Assembly (NCBI RefSeq): GCF_039654945.1
Contig: NW_027362024.1
Coordinates: forward strand, 620,001-684,000
Direction: 5' to 3'
DNA length: 64,000 bases
From: Dendrobates tinctorius
Lineage: Eukaryota
The position numbers and the translations under genes were made by a program. Within the stretch, counting starts at the first letter, position 1. Each line of letters opens with the position of its first letter. Of this stretch, positions 60,901 to 64,000 are shown piece after piece. The notes under the pieces are model-generated. The model saw only the letters and a list, made by a program, of their open reading frames with translations. It ran no database searches and was not told the DNA's origin.

Positions 60901-62188
60901 CAATTGAGCCACTAATAGTGCGGGAACCTCTGTTTTCCATTGACAGATAATGGACCTGAGTGGGGACTTGTTTTTTGTGAGATGAGAATTGGTATTATTT
61001 TCGCCTACATAACATTGATTGGTTTCTTTATATGCAATATTTGGGAGGCAGAATGAACAAACAGTTGAACACCGCACACTACTGGTTCATCCAACAAGGT
61101 TTTCTATTAGACTGTGAACTGTCATTGTCTTGGCAAATAATTAATTTTTTTTTTTACATAGCTTGCCATTTTTATGGACAGTTTAAGTAGAAACGTTCAA
61201 AAATATAAAACTCAATGATATTTTATAAAAATAATTGTTTTTTATCTTAGCAGATGACTGTACCAGGAGATCAGAGGGACAGCTGACATCTTCAGTTTTT
61301 AAATCTGATGATCTTGAGATCCTACAAGTTACAACTGAAGTGATTGCTATTACTCCAGATATACCATCATCCATTCACAGCAAAGATCTGTCATCTGATC
61401 CTATGAAACAGGTCCCATCTTCTAATTCATTATTGACTACTAAGGAAAATCAAAGTCACAAAAGAGGCATTAAAAAACAAACTGCTCCTAAAGCAAAGAA
61501 GCCATTTTCATGTTCGGAATGTGGGAAATGTTTTAACAAGAAATCACATCTTGTTAATCACCATAGAACTCACACAGGGGAGAAGCCTTTTGCCTGTTCA
61601 GAATGTGGGACATGTTTTACCCATAAAGGGAATCTTGTTACACACCAGAGAACTCACACAGGGGTGAAGCCTTTTTCCTGTTCAGAATGTGGAAAATATT
61701 TTGCAAATAAATCACATTTTGTTAGACACCAGAGAACTCACACAGGGGAGAAGCCTTTTTCTTGTTCAGAATGTGGGAAATGCTTTAGCCATAATTCACA
61801 TTTGGTTAATCACCAGAGAACTCACACAGGGGAGAAGCCTTTTTCATGTTCAGAATGTGGGAAATGTTTTAGCCATAAATCACATTTGGTTAATCACCAT
61901 AGAACTCACACAGGGGAGAAGCCTTTTTCATGTTCAGCATGTGGGAAATGTTTTAAATGGAAAATAGATCTTTGTAGCCATCAAAGAACCCACACAGGGG
62001 AGCTTTTTAACTGTTCAGAATGTGGGAAATATTTTAACCATAAAGGGAATTTTGTTAGTCACCAGAGAACACACACAGGGGAGAAGCCATTTTCCTGTTC
62101 ACAATGTGGGGAATGTTTTAACCGGAAAGCGCTTCTTGTTAGACATCAGAGCAGTCACACAGAGGAGAAGCCTTTTTCATTTTCTTAA
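45970..62188 (+). CDS. KRAB (FAX-type) C2H2 zinc-finger protein, XlCOF/XlCGF-like, ~501 aa; join(45970-46047,46177-46356,46439-46562,46646-46743,46942-47032,61254-62188)
   Basis: All introns are GT-AG with matching phases (0,0,1,0,1) and the total of 1506 nt is open. KRAB-A reads [33 protein letters not shown]. Eight C2H2 fingers with TGEKPF-type linkers. Confidence 0.9.
47190..48375 (-). mobile_element. Penelope-like element 3' portion (GIY-YIG)
   Basis: ORF 47575..48315 has [34 protein letters not shown] and GMN. The 3' UTR carries a hammerhead. Confidence 0.9.
47311..47347 (-). ncRNA. minimal type I hammerhead ribozyme motif
   Basis: Minus strand reads GC-CTGACGA-A-GAGAC-CTGAGTA-GTCTC-GAAAGCTT-GC: perfect 5-bp stem II and palindromic AAGCTT stem III. 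Confidence 0.78.
49156..49188 (-). ncRNA. variant-core minimal hammerhead-like motif
   Basis: Minus strand reads TC-CCGAAGA-AGCAGTGC-GAAAC-GCGC-GTT-GGGG. Confidence 0.55.
50798..53658 (-). mobile_element. non-autonomous Gypsy LTR element (gag + integrase Zn-finger remnant only)
   Basis: LTRs 50798-51589 and 52860-53658, TSD AACCC, PPT next to 51590. gag pieces 52589..52831 and 51804..52550; [24 protein letters not shown]. No protease, RT or RNase H. Confidence 0.93.
54124..54897. mobile_element. non-autonomous hAT element with internal ~30-bp repeat
   Basis: 8-bp TSD ATGAGCGG (54116-54123 / 54898-54905) and TIR CAGCGGCGGAT / ATCCGCCATTG. Confidence 0.87.
56416..57069. mobile_element. Tc1/pogo-type MITE nested in piggyBac
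   Basis: TA flanks, imperfect TIRs CTGTAGTTTTCGGACCATAAGATGCAC / GTGCGTCTGATATTCCGAATAAAATGG, and an internal palindrome 56715-56937. Confidence 0.72.
59001..59680. mobile_element. solo LTR (680 bp) in the piggyBac transposase
   Basis: TGTCAGGA...TCATGACA ends and 5-bp TSD GTGTG. Confidence 0.83.
59929..60010. repeat. degenerate (CCCTAA)n telomere-like tract
   Basis: About five perfect CCCTAA units among variants. Confidence 0.65.
60420..60635 (+). mobile_element. Tc1-like right-end fragment
   Basis: Ends ...GGGCACCAACAATTTTGACCATGTGTG|TA, with an inner repeat copy at 60421. Confidence 0.55.
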
Positions 62189-62652
62189 TGTGGGAAATAT
62201 TTTACTTGGAAATCAACTGTTAATAAATATCAGAGACGTCACATAGGGGAGAAGTCTTTTTTATGTTCATAATGTTGGAATAATTTTAGCCAAAACTGAA
62301 TTTTCTTAAATGGGTTGTCTGTTGTCATTCCTCATGTTTGCTGACAAAATGATAAAACTAAACTTTATTAATTCCAGATATAAAACTATACCCATAATTC
62401 ACCCCCTGAAGGTTAGTCAGTAGGTGACTAATAGAAAAAAAATGTACACCACATCTCAGTATATAGAGTGAGGTGACGTTTACACACTCACTCTCCAAGC
62501 CTCTCATTTCTATGGGTTTCATCGTCCTCACCGAAGGCGACTCATCAGGAGACTAGTTAATATTGTCCTATATTCAAGCGAAACTAGACAAAAAAAAACT
62601 AAAATCATGTATCATGTTATCCGAAAGAGAAAACTATCCACATATTGGCAGA

Positions 62653-63320
62653 CCCATCCAGTCCAGAATTCAGTATAAACTTATTACCCTCACCCACAAA
62701 GCCCTCCATGGCTCAGCACCACCCTACATCTCCTCCCTTGCTTCAGTATACCACCCATCCCGCGCCCTCCGTTCTGCTGATGACCTGAGGTTAGCATCCT
62801 CAATAATCAGAACCTCCCACTCCCGTCTCCAAGTCTATACACGTGCTGCGCCAATTCTTTGGAATGCACTTCCCAGGTCAATACGATTAGTCCCCAATCC
62901 CTACAATTTTAAGTGTGCTGTGAAAAAGCATTTATTCAGACTGGACTACCGCCTCAATGCATTAACCTAATCTATCCCTGTGTGGCCCAGTCAAAAGTTT
63001 TTACCATGGCCAGGTTCCTCGCATCATGTTCCCACATGCTTTATGCATCCATTAGCCCTCTGTGTCTGTACTGTTACACACTTAACATTATGGCTGGTCC
63101 AAACAATCAGGGCAACTGTTACCACCCACCTTTCGTATCTCCCTCTTTCCTCATAGACTGTAAGATTGCGAGCAGGACCCTCACTCCTCTTGGTATGTTA
63201 TGATCTATGTGATTATTGTTATGCTGTAATGTCTATTGTCGATACAAGTCCCCTCTGAAATGTAAAGTGCTGCAGAATATGTTGGCGCTATAGAAATAAA
63301 ATTTATTATTATATTATTAT
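62653..63320 (+). mobile_element. L2 3' fragment
   Basis: PIQSRIQYKLITLTHKALHGSAPPYIS..APILWNALP..KKHLF, followed by the L2 3' tail and (TAT)n. Confidence 0.85.
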
Positions 63321-63382
63321 CACCTGTAAAAAAAATTAAAATAATAAAGTAACCTACTGTATACTGACCTTTCTGCTGTAAT

Positions 63383-64000
63383 CCCTCAGGGTCCAATTTT
63401 GTGGGTGGGGCCCCTCAGGGTCCGATTTTGTGGCCGGGGACCGTCAGGGTCCGATTTTGTGGGTGGGGCCCTCAGGGTCCGATTTGGTGGGTGGGGCCCC
63501 TCAGGGTCCAATTTGGTGGGCGGGGCCCCTCAGGGTCCAATTTGGTGGGCAGGGCCCCTCAGGGTCCGATTTTGTGGCCGGGGCCCCTCAGGGTCCGATT
63601 TTGTGTCAGGGGCCCCTCAGGGTCCGATTTTGTGGTTGGGGCCCCTCAGGGTCCGATTTTGTGGCCGCGGCCCCTCAGGGTCTGATTTTGTGGCCGCGGC
63701 CCCTCAGGGTCTGATTTTGTGGCAGGGGCCCCTTTGGGTCCGATTTTGTGGGTGGGGCCCCTCTGGGTCCAATTTGGTGGGCGGGACCACTCTGGGTCCA
63801 ATTTGGTGGGCGGGGCCTCTCAGGGTCCGATTTTGTGGTTGGGTCCCCACAGGGTCCGATTTTGTGGTTGGGGCCTCTCAGAGTCCGATTTTGTGGCCGG
63901 GGCCTATCAGGGTCCAATTTTGTGACTGGGGCCCATCATCCGATTTTGTGGCCGCGGCCCCTCAGGGTCTGATTTTGTGGCAGGGGCCCCTCTGGGTCTG
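63383..64000. repeat. ~29-bp GC-rich minisatellite (GGCCCCTCAGGGTCCGATTTTGTGG...)
   Basis: About 21 tandem units running to the window edge. Confidence 0.92.

Noticed and set aside
63401-63972. Gly-Pro-rich collagen-like ORFs
   Set aside because: A 29-bp minisatellite without sustained Gly-X-Y periodicity.

Overview
Vertebrate genomic DNA, by inference an anuran (frog), based on the Xenopus-type FAX/KRAB zinc-finger exons and frog-type repeat families. The host content is a small KRAB-C2H2 zinc-finger cluster. One apparently intact + strand gene has six coding exons from 45970 to 62188 (about 501 aa, 8 fingers) and a 14.2 kb TE-filled intron. On the - strand are two partial copies of the same N-terminal exons (20207-13568 and 7091-5956). 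These splice in frame into a candidate single gene with a duplicated FAX/KRAB module; its finger exon would lie left of the window. Most of the remaining sequence is nested transposable elements. These comprise a CR1 LINE; a TSD-bounded L2 LINE with a 2A-like peptide; three young Tf1/sushi-type Gypsy LTR elements that all show tRNA-independent self-priming signals; three solo LTRs; several Penelope-like elements with hammerhead-ribozyme motifs, some with variant cores; Rex1 and L1 fragments; Tc1, piggyBac, hAT and Harbinger/pogo-type MITEs; and several tandem arrays, including a 4.6 kb 110-bp satellite with an emerging 8-mer higher-order repeat. No CRISPR array, rRNA or tRNA was found. All alignments and counts were made by eye, so fragment boundaries are approximate.
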